A DNA stretch of 62,203 bases, counting the filler, from Ionaspis alba (taxonomy: Eukaryota): NCBI GenBank assembly GCA_964255285.1. It is 5 parts of 5 records of this genome, joined end to end, with 100 filler letters (N's around TTAATTAATTAA, not from the genome) between each part and the next. Parts side by side here need not be neighbours in the genome. Positions count along the whole stretch, not along the records: positions 1 to 12,416 come from CAXUUL010000511.1; 4 more parts are not named here. One strand, written 5' to 3'. Under the pieces are notes generated by a model. The model was not told the DNA's origin. It saw only the letters and a list, made by a program, of their open reading frames with translations, and ran no database searches. This document shows, piece after piece, positions 1 to 10,437 of this stretch (positions are counted from its first letter, which is position 1; the number at the start of each line of letters is the position of its first letter). The position numbers were made by a program, and so were the translations under genes.

Positions 1-286
1 AATAGATTTAGCGTGTTATCCGGATGATCAGCCGCCTATTTTCCCCCACGACATCCATCTGATGTATAATGATCCAGATTTTGTGAATAAGACGACGTTC
101 TTGAGATCTGCATCTAGGAGACTCTTGCTTTCTGAAACCAAAGGGTCGCAAGAAATAGTACTGTCAAATCTCGACATTCTAAGGTCGTAAATCGTAGCAT
201 AATGAAAAGGGTATCACGGCAAGCGTCAACAAAAGAACAAGCTCCACGCCCGTCCAGCCCATTGGATCGCGCTACAAAAACGAGAT

Positions 287-1897
287 TCATCCAGGAGATC
301 TAACGGCAATCGGTTTGCGATATGGTGCGCTGTCCAACAGTCTTCCATCATCATGCTCCTTCCCATCCTCATACCTTCGCCGAGCCTCGGACCAGAGCCG
401 ATCTGCCTCCTCCCTGCCCGCAAGGCTGGCAGCGTGTAACCTCTCAGCTCCCATCTCCATATTTTCGATGTGCATTTCGAGCGGAACGTTCTCCGTCGAC
501 TCAGCGTTCACGACTCTTTCCTTTAGTCCATCGAGTTCGGCCCGCATGCCTTGTAATTTGACCATTGTTCCACCAACATGCTCAAGTGCTTGCTTGCGGA
601 GCCTGTCTACCTGCAATAGGAGCCTTAGGTCCGCTTCGGTCATCCTGAGTCTGGAACGGTTTCCACCGAAGTGGGTCCATATTTCGGACAGAATTTTGTC
701 TTTGGAGGTTTGTGCCTTCTGATTGTCTCGAATGGACAGGTCGCGCACTGCTTCTAGATGGTCGTCTAGCTTTCTCAGGAGCTCCTCGAGGCTCTGCCCT
801 TCCGCAATCAATTTGCCCACTTCCCTCTTGACAACATCCATGTGTTCCAGGTACTCCGCTAGCAAATCGTCCTTGCCGAATGTTACGGGCGTGAAGGGCG
901 AGATAAACCATCCCTGCACAAAAGTGCCGATGGCTCCTTGCGCGGCTTTCTTGACGTTCATGTCATCAAGGTTGCGCCTTGTGACACGCGAATGCATCAC
1001 GATTCGATCAACGGCTCCCCTGATGTGCACGTTGAATGTGGAAAGATCCCACGAGGCTTTGTCTGCTGCTTCGACATATCCATTGAACTCAAAAACGAAT
1101 TCACTGGCCGAGGGGAGTTTGCTGTGCTTGACAATGGCACGAAGGTCTCGTACCGCATGTTCACTTCGCTTCATATCCAGAGGGAGCGAGGCTCCGGGAA
1201 CAGTATGCTCGATGATATCTTCGAAAGTATTCTGGACATTGATGAGCTGCTCAAACTCGGCTGCGGGTGTCTCGTCGCCCTGGTATTGGGCGGAGATTGG
1301 CGCTCGACACATGCTGAGTGGAAGGAAGGAGACTCCAGGTATGCGACATAGCGGAGTGAGCGCGCCGTAGATGGGGGTGAATATAATATTTCGAAGAAAG
1401 GCCATGAAGACGAAGAGTAGATAAGCTGCTATCATGTAGGAGATCGGAGTCTTAAGAGCACTGAAAGTACCACCCATAACGTCGAGGACCCAGTTCGTGA
1501 CATGCTTGAGTATCTTGATCACACCATCAAGAATCTCGACCGGCGGAGAAAAGCCGTTGGATGAGTTCTTCGCAGCCACACCTTCAACGTTGTTCGACCT
1601 CGACGGTCGTCCCTCCTTCCTTGGGGATTTCGTAGATCTTTGCATAGGACCTTCATCGATGACTGGCATTCTGAGCTCGGGTTCCAGGCTCGCCCGCATG
1701 CCTGATTTCAAAGGACGTTTGCGTGGTGATGATGCAGCATTAGCTGATTGTTTTGAGGACGAATTGCCAACGGAAGGAATGCTGGCAGTACTTTGCGCGA
1801 CGTCGGACTCATCGTCTCCATCGCTTTCCACAACCCAGGAATCACCTAGGTCGTGCTTTGGTCGAGACCGACGATTCGGGGTTTGTTGCCTTGCCAT
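287..1897 (-). CDS. Uncharacterised fungal membrane protein (536 aa): disordered N-terminus, one TM segment, long helical/coiled-coil C-terminal region
   Basis: Intronless 536-aa ORF. Hydrophobic stretch PISYMIAAYLLFVFMAFL followed by PLCRIPG..C and heptad-rich helices. No recognised family motif. Confidence 0.8.
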   Translation of the reverse strand: MARQQTPNRRSRPKHDLGDSWVVESDGDDESDVAQSTASIPSVGNSSSKQSANAASSPRKRPLKSGMRASLEPELRMPVIDEGPMQRSTKSPRKEGRPSRSNNVEGVAAKNSSNGFSPPVEILDGVIKILKHVTNWVLDVMGGTFSALKTPISYMIAAYLLFVFMAFLRNIIFTPIYGALTPLCRIPGVSFLPLSMCRAPISAQYQGDETPAAEFEQLINVQNTFEDIIEHTVPGASLPLDMKRSEHAVRDLRAIVKHSKLPSASEFVFEFNGYVEAADKASWDLSTFNVHIRGAVDRIVMHSRVTRRNLDDMNVKKAAQGAIGTFVQGWFISPFTPVTFGKDDLLAEYLEHMDVVKREVGKLIAEGQSLEELLRKLDDHLEAVRDLSIRDNQKAQTSKDKILSEIWTHFGGNRSRLRMTEADLRLLLQVDRLRKQALEHVGGTMVKLQGMRAELDGLKERVVNAESTENVPLEMHIENMEMGAERLHAASLAGREEADRLWSEARRRYEDGKEHDDGRLLDSAPYRKPIAVRSPG

Positions 1898-2231
1898 ACT
1901 CGTGAAGAGTGCTCAATAACTCTGTTGTGTAATGTGACTGGCTACGAGATCGGACATGTGTGAAGGCACAGGAAGGAGCTTCTGGGCGAGGAGCGTTTTC
2001 TGGCGCTAAGTTGCGAAAAAAAGCCGTGGGATGAGTGGGCCCTGGTAGCGGAAGATTTGGAGGTTGTGGAGGCAAATCTCGTCGTTCCAAACCATCCTGG
2101 TGGTAGGCATCGCTCATGGTGCTGGTTTGTTGACGAATGACGTCGCGTTTCATATGCAGGCGCGTCGAGACTGCCAAGCACTCTAGCATTGTGATTTCGA
2201 GTGAATTTTAGCATTAGACAGTAGCTATGCT

Positions 2232-3845
2232 ATGCGACCATTACAGCCATTACGACTTCCAAAATATCTTCTGAGGTATATCAATCCGTCTCTTAGAAGC
2301 GCTAGATGGCTTCACAAGTCATCTGTGCGACATTGTTCGTGTACCAATACACGTGAAAAGCCTGGAAGCCAAGTACAGTCAATACTGCGGCAACCTGTAA
2401 TTGCTTCAGCCGATCATCGAGTCCTTGGTACATCCTTAGACCTCTTCAGCAACAGTATCTACAGTCCAGGATCTCCGTTCTTCCATCCTGACGGTGCCCA
2501 CATTTTTCACAAGCTCCAATCTTTCCTCCGTGCTCAATACCCCCGTTATGGCCTCCGTGAAGTCATCACTCCCACAATCTACAAGAAATCGCTCTGGGAG
2601 CAATCAGGACACTGGGAAAACTACAAAGATGACATGTACGAGGTTGTCGGACGGGGCGCATCAGGAGAAACACAGAAAGGCGAGATTGGAGAGAATGAGG
2701 AATATGGGCTGAAGCCAATGAATTGTCCCGGCCATTGTTTACTATTCAAAAGTCAGAAGAGAAGCTACCGTGACCTACCAATGGGATATGCAGATTTTAG
2801 TCCCCTCCACCGAAATGAGATATCTGGTGCATTGAGCGGACTAACTAGAGTGAGAAGATTCCACCAGGATGATGGGCACATATTCTGTCGTCCGAACCAA
2901 GTGGAGTCCGAGATCTTGAAGACCCTCAAGTTCGTTAACGTGGTCTACAACACCTTTGGGCTGGGATCTTATCGGCTTGTCTTGAGCACACGACCGAGAG
3001 ACCACTTTATCGGCTCAATCGGAGACTGGGACAGAGCGGAGTCACAACTGACCTCAGCTCTGAAGGCTAGTGGCCAGAGCTTCAGCATAAACGCCGGCGA
3101 TGGTGCTTTTTACGGTCCTAAGATCGATATAATCCTGAGTGACAGTGATGGCAAGCAGCACCAGACTGCAACTATTCAACTCGATTTCCAGCTCCCTCAA
3201 CGATTCGGACTTACTTATCAAGCACCTACTCCTGAGTTCGAAATTAAAGGTCAGGAGACCACCGATACTGGTCTTCTCGTCGAATCTGGTGACGTCGCAC
3301 CCGTGATGATACATCGTGCTGTACTTGGTTCCTTCGAACGCTTCATGGCGCTTCTCATTGAACACTATCAAGGACATTGGCCTCTCTGGCTCAGTCCACG
3401 CCAAGCCATCATTCTGACCATTGGCCAGGACGAAACGACCCTCAACTTCGCTGCCAAAAGTGCATCTACACTTTCTGGTATTGAGCAAGAAGACACTGGA
3501 AAGCCATTGGCTATGCAAGGCCACCGTTTCGTTGTGAATACTGACTTCAGTGCTCGATCTATCTCGAAGAAGCTTGCAGAAGCCAAGGCGAAGCATTACA
3601 ACTTCATCTGTGTCGTCGGCGCAAAGGAAGCGAAAAGCAAGACCCTTAAAGTCGATGTCACAGGACAATTCAAGAATCAGCCGGTAGAAAAAGTTGCGAA
3701 TCAAATTAGGGAGCAGACATTGAGTGGTTTAGCAGGGAGATCAGGAAATATGGCTGATGAGATGAGCACCAATGTGAAAGCTTTGACATATGAGGTGGAT
3801 GACTTGAAGGAGCTCATGACCTCAATTTGCGAGGACTATCTTTGA
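2232..3845 (+). CDS. MST1: Threonyl-tRNA synthetase, mitochondrial (class II, no N-terminal editing domain)
   Basis: Motifs LWEQSGHWENY, LKPMNCPGHC, LHRNE.SGALSGLTRVRRFHQDDGH, GAFYGPKID, TIQLDFQLP and IHRAVLGSFERF. Arg/Leu-rich N-terminal presequence. Confidence 0.96.
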   Translation: MRPLQPLRLPKYLLRYINPSLRSARWLHKSSVRHCSCTNTREKPGSQVQSILRQPVIASADHRVLGTSLDLFSNSIYSPGSPFFHPDGAHIFHKLQSFLRAQYPRYGLREVITPTIYKKSLWEQSGHWENYKDDMYEVVGRGASGETQKGEIGENEEYGLKPMNCPGHCLLFKSQKRSYRDLPMGYADFSPLHRNEISGALSGLTRVRRFHQDDGHIFCRPNQVESEILKTLKFVNVVYNTFGLGSYRLVLSTRPRDHFIGSIGDWDRAESQLTSALKASGQSFSINAGDGAFYGPKIDIILSDSDGKQHQTATIQLDFQLPQRFGLTYQAPTPEFEIKGQETTDTGLLVESGDVAPVMIHRAVLGSFERFMALLIEHYQGHWPLWLSPRQAIILTIGQDETTLNFAAKSASTLSGIEQEDTGKPLAMQGHRFVVNTDFSARSISKKLAEAKAKHYNFICVVGAKEAKSKTLKVDVTGQFKNQPVEKVANQIREQTLSGLAGRSGNMADEMSTNVKALTYEVDDLKELMTSICEDYL

Positions 3846-4273
3846 AGTATCTCCCGTGGGTGCTATGGCACGGGTAGTGCTTGAAACATGCTTACTTAAA
3901 ATGTCGATTTTATCTGCTTTCGCGGAATTGCAGTACGGACCGTCTATGATGTGCAAGGCAAGAACATAGACTAAACCTTTTACAGATGCCATTGCAGAAC
4001 AGTGGTTTACAGCTCGTATTACAAGTGTACATCATATTGACAGAGCCACGATCGCATGTTGATGGACAATTGTAAGGTGCTCTGGTACATGTAATAACAG
4101 AGACCACGAAAGTACGATAGATGGCACAAAATCATAGTTGATGGCTACACCAGGCATGATTGGGAATAAAGGTGCAAGCACAATTTCTACTGGAACGGTC
4201 TTCTCATGCCTGTAATCTCTGCCGTGGATCTCAACCAGTTATTTTGCCTTAAATCCTCGCCTTCTGCACCATC

Positions 4274-5451
4274 TCACTATGAGCATTAGCACTTTCCTCA
4301 TGTTCCCAGAACCTTGACACATACCTTCTCATCCAAGTCCGCAATCTTCAATACCGCCTTGCCAAAATTGTCGCCCTTCAGCATGCCCAAGAATCCCTTA
4401 ATAGCATCATCCATCCCGTTCGTGAAACTCATCTGTACCTTGAATGTTCCATCCGCAATCCACTCGGAAACTTTCTCGGAGTGCTCTTTGGCGTACTTGG
4501 GGCCGAAGTCTGGATCACCGACAATGAAGCCTCGCATAGTCAAACGCTTGGTCACGAGATTCGTCATGCCCTTGACGCCGTACTGTTGCCCGGGTGGGGA
4601 GTTGTATTGAGAGATCATGCCACAGCCGACTGAAGAACATTAGATTCGCCATTCATTATGAATAGAGAGCGAGAGTTGGAAAAGAGGATGGCAGACGCAC
4701 CAACACGACCAAAAGGCTTGAGAGCCTGCAACGCACTGTCAAGCTGAACGCCTCCAACATTCTCATAGTAAATTTCAATTCCATCAGGGGCCAACCGCTT
4801 GAGAGCTTCACTCGGCTTCTCTTTTTTATAGTTGAAACCACCGTCAAATTTCAGCTCTTTGATGATGAAGTCAAGCTTCTCGTCACTACCCACACTACCG
4901 ATGACCTTCAGGCCCTCGTGCTTGGCCAGTTGACCCACAAGCTGCCCCACAGCACCACTAGCCGCGGAAATGAAGATTGTTTCGCCTTTCTTCGGCTTGC
5001 CAATCTCGTAGAGGGAGGAGTAAGCTGTCAATCCAGGCATACCTAGAGCACCAAGATACACAGCTGGATCCAGCTTGTGAGGGTTTTCTAGCTTTTGCAG
5101 GCCCTTGGTCATTGCCGCCGAGGCGACTGTGTATTCCTCAGTGCCCAGCATCCCAACTACCAAATCGCCCTCCTTGAATTTGTCATTTGAAGATTTTAAG
5201 ATTTTGGCAACGGTACGAGTGGTCATGGGCTCGCCAAGGGTGAACGGCGGTGAATAGGATTTGATCTCTGGAGCCCGCATGCGTCCTCGCTGGTAAGGAT
5301 CGAAGGAGGCATAGTAGTTCTTGGTCGTCACGCCGTCCTCTGGAGGCGAGGTGGAGGGGTCGAATTCGCGGGTTTCAACTGCGATATGTTCACCGGGAAC
5401 GGGCCATTCGGTGGGCACCTTCTTGAAGATGAGCCCTTTGTTTTGGACCAT
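4274..5451 (-). CDS. NADPH-dependent alkenal/one oxidoreductase (PTGR/leukotriene B4 dehydrogenase-like MDR family)
   Basis: Starts MVQNKGLIFKK. Motifs DPYQRGRM, LGALGMPGLTAY, ISAASGAVGQLVGQLAK, YYENVGG and NFGKAV. Intron 4630-4700 joins the two ORFs. Probable last intron 4277-4324; if unspliced the stop is at 4298. Confidence 0.93.
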
Positions 5452-5865
5452 TTTTGCAGGACGTAACTGGAGGCTAGGGTTGTGGGAAGTTGTAATGGAT
5501 TCTTGGTGAAGGTTGTAATCACTTGAATAAGACACTGCAATTTTGGCACTCAATGAGAACAATACAGAGGGATCATATACAGCGCAAGTGATGAAAATAC
5601 GGACGAAGCAAACGGCATACGGGGCAATTACAAAGCTCGAGGATCGACCCGCATCAAGAAGGATAGTTAGAAAACGTCATATCCGCGACATCCCTCGACC
5701 GAAGTATTGCAAAGCATTAGACCCACTTAAAAGTTACCTTCAACCATTCCGCGGTGGGATGCTTCGGAGGAATCACCATATTCTGAACAGCACCGAGTTT
5801 TTGTCAATAGCTCGCGTGAAACTCATGCAGGCTACGCCATTGCGGAAGAATGACGAAAAGTTCAT

Positions 5866-5897
5866 GATTTGGTAAGCTCTGGATTTGGTAAGCTCTG
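5866..5897. repeat. 16-bp perfect tandem duplication GATTTGGTAAGCTCTG x2
   Basis: Read directly in the intergenic DNA at 5866-5881 and 5882-5897. Confidence 0.85.
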
Positions 5898-6178
5898 CCA
5901 AGCCATGGACTTACCTCGGCAAGTCTGTGCATTACCTAGTCTTCTCTCCTCTGGCATCACTCCTTCATCTCATTCCATCGAAGTCCTTTTGATCATAAAG
6001 GTGATTGAGATTGATGATTGATGGTTTAGTCAAGACGAGTCCTCCCAGTCATCCTAGTGCAATCTCTTTGCTAAGTCTCAAGACACTCCTACCATTACTT
6101 TCAGAGGTGGCAAGCAGCATGGCCATATCTCATCGATTCCTTATACCTATACGCTCGGGCTATCTCAATTTCTTCACC

Positions 6179-7699
6179 TCAAACCAATACCTGTGCCTTG
6201 AAGATGATGAGGTTACTGTCGTAACTACCGCCAGATTCATCTCCCCTTCGGCTAACAACAGGGAAGATGACAGCCAGGATTGATCTTCCATGCAACGCCT
6301 CGCCTTTGCTGTCTTGTAGCACATCCTCCATTGATGCAGCATCGAAGGTTGTGCTTGCCGGCTTCTCTACTTTGAATACCGTCTTTTCTTTGATGAGGTC
6401 GAGTGCTAGTCCTGCTGCGGCCTTCACGACTTGATTGAGATGTTGCAGGCGTACCTCGGAATGATCCAGACCGGCTAGCCTGGCCGTGACAGCTTCAATT
6501 CTCTTGCTCACCTCTTTTACTGACGCTGATTGGTCTGCTTGGTAGCCTTTTGTCTTCTCCAGCAGCGCGACGGTCGAGGCGTTCCAGTCGTTTGCCTCCA
6601 CAACGGACGCTAGCCTCAATCAGTATCTATCGTTGCCAATCAAAGATTGTGGGCTTCTCTACCTTTTGCTTCAATCGCTTGCTTGAGCTCAGAGAACGCT
6701 GGACTACCAAGTAGCTCGCCGGTGTCGAATGCCTGCACGATCACGTCGGTTACCAAAGCCCTGAGCACCAAGTACTTGGTTCGAGGATTCTGAAGAAGCA
6801 TCACATAGTTCGGTTGGCTATCACGGAGTAAGGGCATGACATCTGGACCGGGTGAGATATCTGAACGAATGTTCTTGAAGTGCGTCACAACCCAGTCGTT
6901 GATGGCCTTGCAGAGTCTCGAGAAGCGTTCATGGACCTGTCGATCATCAAGGTTGGATACCCCGGTTCGACGGCCTTGCTGAAGAAGAAGTGCTTGAGTT
7001 TGTTGGAGTTGTGTGTTCTTCTCGTGAAGTTGCGTCTCCAATGAAGCAATGGTACTGTCAAATCCAGCACTAGGAGAATCATGCAACGATTTTGTCCCAT
7101 CTGTTGGGCTGTAACCTTCATGTCGTTTTCCTTTCTCTGATATATACGTTAGCTTCATGAGAGGGCCTAAGGACTTTGGATTGTTCACTGGAACGGCGCA
7201 ATATAAGAAACAGCAGAGCTGCAAGAGCAAGAGCAAAGAGAACTGCGAGAACTGAAATCCCAGCAACAAGCCCAGTGGGGCTCGCAGCCTTGGGCTCGGG
7301 CGTGGATGAGCTGGAAAGTGTCGTTGCTGTGTTCGTTACGCTCGTGTCATCTGTTGTTGACGTTGAGCTGGAGGCCGCAGAAGTTTCTGAAGACCCGAGT
7401 GTGGTCGTGCTGCTACTCAATCCGATGCTTGTACTTGAAGCGGTGTTTGTACTGGAAGCGGTACTTGTACTCAGGCTGCTGTTTGTGCTCGCAGCGGCGC
7501 TTACACCAGGAAGAGTCTTGGAGCCGACTATCGCAGCGGGAGTCACCTGCGTAGTAGCCAAACTGCTTGTGGCTGATGGTGATAGTGTTGCGATTGTCTT
7601 GTCATAGGTACTGGTAATGGTAACTGCTCCATTTATAATTATTGTACGTACGTGGCCTTCGACAAGACTGCCCACTGTCCAGGAATAAAAGGCCGACAT
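6179..7699 (-). CDS. Single-pass membrane protein (~471 aa): Ser/Thr-rich ectodomain, TM helix, cytoplasmic coiled coil, C-terminal GrpE/MIEAP-like domain
   Basis: Three ORFs are joined in frame by two phase-1 introns: 7137-7188 (GTGAAC..GCTAAC..CAG) and 6610-6662 (GTAGAG..CTGAT..TAG). TM is GLVAGISVLAVLFALALAALLFLIL, followed by basic RRSKKGKR. Coiled coil IASLETQLHEKNTQLQQTQALL. The protein ends FDAASMEDV...VIFPVVSRRG...IIFKAQVLV. Confidence 0.85.
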
Positions 7700-8402
7700 A
7701 TTCAGATTCCAGCTGCAATTAAATTTTTCTTGTTCACAAAACTCTCTTCGTATGCTAAAGGACTTAATCAGAGATTAGTGCTGCATACTTATCTCTGATG
7801 CATGAGAGCAGTTGAAAGGGGATGATCTAAGCAAAAGCATAGAAGGATGGGTACTGAAAAGGCGGTCACTTGCTCCTATGTGCGTTGCTTCAACATAATA
7901 CGTAGCACGAGGCACAGACTTCGGTCCCACAGGGGCCAGTCATGCCGCCTTGCACGGAGCATTGCAAAGCGCCAACCAGCAGTCACTGCAGGGTTTCAAT
8001 CCTTCTATAATAAGCGAGAAAAAAGTAAACACTGAGGCACGGTGCACAAACGGCGCAGTTCCTTAGCGTATATGAATTTAAACCTGGTCACTAATTCCTT
8101 TCCGTGCAGCAATATGGTGCCGCAGTCTTGCAGACCTTCTCCTTACTCGACGATCAATTCGAATTCCACCAATCGTTGTGAATTTCAAGAACGCGGCTGG
8201 GTTGGAGGGTACCGCCCATGCAGCCCAGCCTCCGCCAGCACATTCAGCTATGACTACTGAAAGTATGGCGTACCTTATAGATTATGGTGTGCCATAGACA
8301 ATATTGGGAAGTCCGGAACCCCGCATGTTGCTTCGGCTCTCAAGACTTGATTGTATTTATGGATATCGATGGTTTGAATTGGAGGTGTCCAAACATTGAG
8401 CA
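7700..8402. promoter_or_regulatory. Putative bidirectional promoter (~700 bp) between the membrane-protein gene and the Hsp70-like gene
   Basis: Divergent ATGs at 7699 (-) and 8403 (+) with no convincing ORF in between. Confidence 0.55.
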
Positions 8403-10437
8403 ATGACAGCCGTGCATGAAATCGTTGTGGGGGTTGATTTTGGCACCACGTACTCTGCAGTCGCTTGGGCTGAGACCTNNNNNNNNNNNNNNNNNNNNNN
8501 NNNNNNNNNNNNNNNNNNNNNNNNNNNNNNNNNNNNNNNNNNNNNNNNNNNNNNNNNNNNNNNNNNNNNNNNNNNNNNGTTGTGGGGGTTGATTTTGGCA
8601 CCACGTACTCTGCAGTCGCTTGGGCTGAGACCTCGAATCCTACCCAGATCGAGATTATCAAGAATTGGCCAACTTCTGGCCAGCTTGTCGGTGTTCAAAC
8701 ACCAAGTGAAATAGCTTACGCGGACGGTTCATCGAATACCTTTTCCTGGGGCTATAATATCAGTCCAAGAGCTCGAAAGGTGACTCTGCGAGAGTGATCG
8801 AAGTCACTGTGGAAAGGCTGAATGTTGATTGCAGGTCAAGTGGTTCAAGTTGGGATTGGAGACGGAAAATGAAGTACTGCCTCAATTCGCTGGTTTGACT
8901 GCCGTGGACGTCGTTCGAGACTACCTGTCAGCGCTCTACAAGCACATCATGACCACTTTGCATCGGAGGTTTGATCGGGGGGTTATGCAAATGACTACCA
9001 TTTCTTTCGTATTGAGCTGCCCTGCTGTTTGGTCCGATGCCGCCAAAAAGAAGACTGAAGACGCTGCTGTCCGTGCTGGTATGGGCAAGGGACACAATCT
9101 GGAACTGTTATCGGAACCGGAAAGTGCTGCTCTATACACTTTGAAAAGCCTCGAGAACGAACATTCTCGGATCAAGGTTCACGACCGTATTGTAGTTTGC
9201 GATGCTGGAGGGGGTACCGTGGACCTTATCTCATATGACATTCTCCAGACTCAGCCAAATCTACGAGTGGCAGAATGTGCTGCAGGAACGGGTGACCATG
9301 ATTTGCTTCTGTATGCTTGGTCTGCAGGCTAATCATAAATTAGGGGACTACTGTGGTTCTACATTCATCGATCGTGCATTCGAGAACCTTTTTGCAAAGC
9401 GTATGGGCGTACACTACGGCAAATTGTCTGTTGTCAATCGCCAGCAAGTGGTTAAGAACTTTGAGACCACCAAAATTGCCTTTCGAAACGATCCTGCTCA
9501 GGCAACATTTTATGTAAATGTCCCGACTATAGGGGATCTCGAGGACGCCAGAGTATATGGCGGCAACTTCGAAATTACTCGGGAGGAAATGAGGTCACTG
9601 TTTGATCCTATTATTGATCAAATTGTCAACCTCATCAAGGCCCAGGTCATGGCTGCTTCTGCTGGTCCTCAACAGGTGAATGCGATACTGTTGGTAGGCG
9701 GGTTCGGAGAGTCTGAATATCTGTTCCAGCGAATTGAGGAATGGGCATCTCGGTATGACATCCAGGTCTTACAACCAAGGGAAGCTTCTACTGCCATTGT
9801 TCGTGGCGCTGTGATGAAAGGACTGGAACCCAAGAGAGGGCCAACGAAGACAGAAATCTCCCGAAGGGCGAGGCGCTCCTACGGCGTCCCCACAAACCAG
9901 GCCTTCATCGAGGGAAAGCATTTGGACGTAGATTTGTGTTACCATAGCGAAACAGGACAAAAGCTTGCCAAAAACCAGATCAGTTGGTTCATTCACAAGG
10001 TAATTATTCATGCTGAAACAGTGGCTTTTTGGGTTCTGACATGGGTCGATGGCAGAACCAGATTATAACCGATGATCAAATCTTCAGTAAGTGGTCAATC
10101 ACAAAAGTCCGCGCATCAGGGGTTTGCTGATCGTGGAGAAGAACATGGCTTTTACCGCCACTTTAAAGAGTTGACCGTTTGGACGGACAACTTAGTATCG
10201 TCCACCCTGGACAACCCTCCTTCACGATGGGAGTCTTCGGTACAAAAGCATTGCACCATCACATCAGATCTCACTCATCTTAGCAAAAGGTCGAATTTCC
10301 AGCGAAAATGGCGAAAGCTTACCCGATACTATACAGCGAATTATGACCTGGTTCTGAGTATGAGGAACAACAAATTGACGATATCTTTAGAATACAAGGG
10401 CAAGGAGTATGGGGTGGCTGGGGTTCAGTTCGACTGA
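8403..10437 (+). CDS. Atypical Hsp70-family protein (HSPA12-like actin-fold ATPase, ~553 aa)
   Basis: Phosphate-1 VVGVDFGTTYS, then PAVWS, EPESAA, phosphate-2 VVCDAGGGTVD, CGSTFID, adenosine LLVGGFGESEYL and AIVRGA. Introns ~8780-8834, 9292-9343, 10000-10055 and 10087-10141. The apparent N-terminal duplication is a gap artefact. Confidence 0.93.
8479..8578. other. Scaffold gap with 55-bp duplicated flanks (assembly artefact)
   Basis: 8424-8478 is identical to 8579-8633. Confidence 0.95.

Noticed and set aside
2232..3845. ThrRS lacking the editing domain
   Set aside because: This is a known feature of fungal mitochondrial Mst1-type enzymes, not novel.
8424..8633. Apparent duplication of the Hsp70 phosphate-1 motif (VVGVDFGTTYSAVAWAET twice)
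   Set aside because: It is an exact 55-bp overlap on both sides of a 100-N gap, with the same pattern at 54.3 and 56.8 kb. This is an assembler k-mer artefact.
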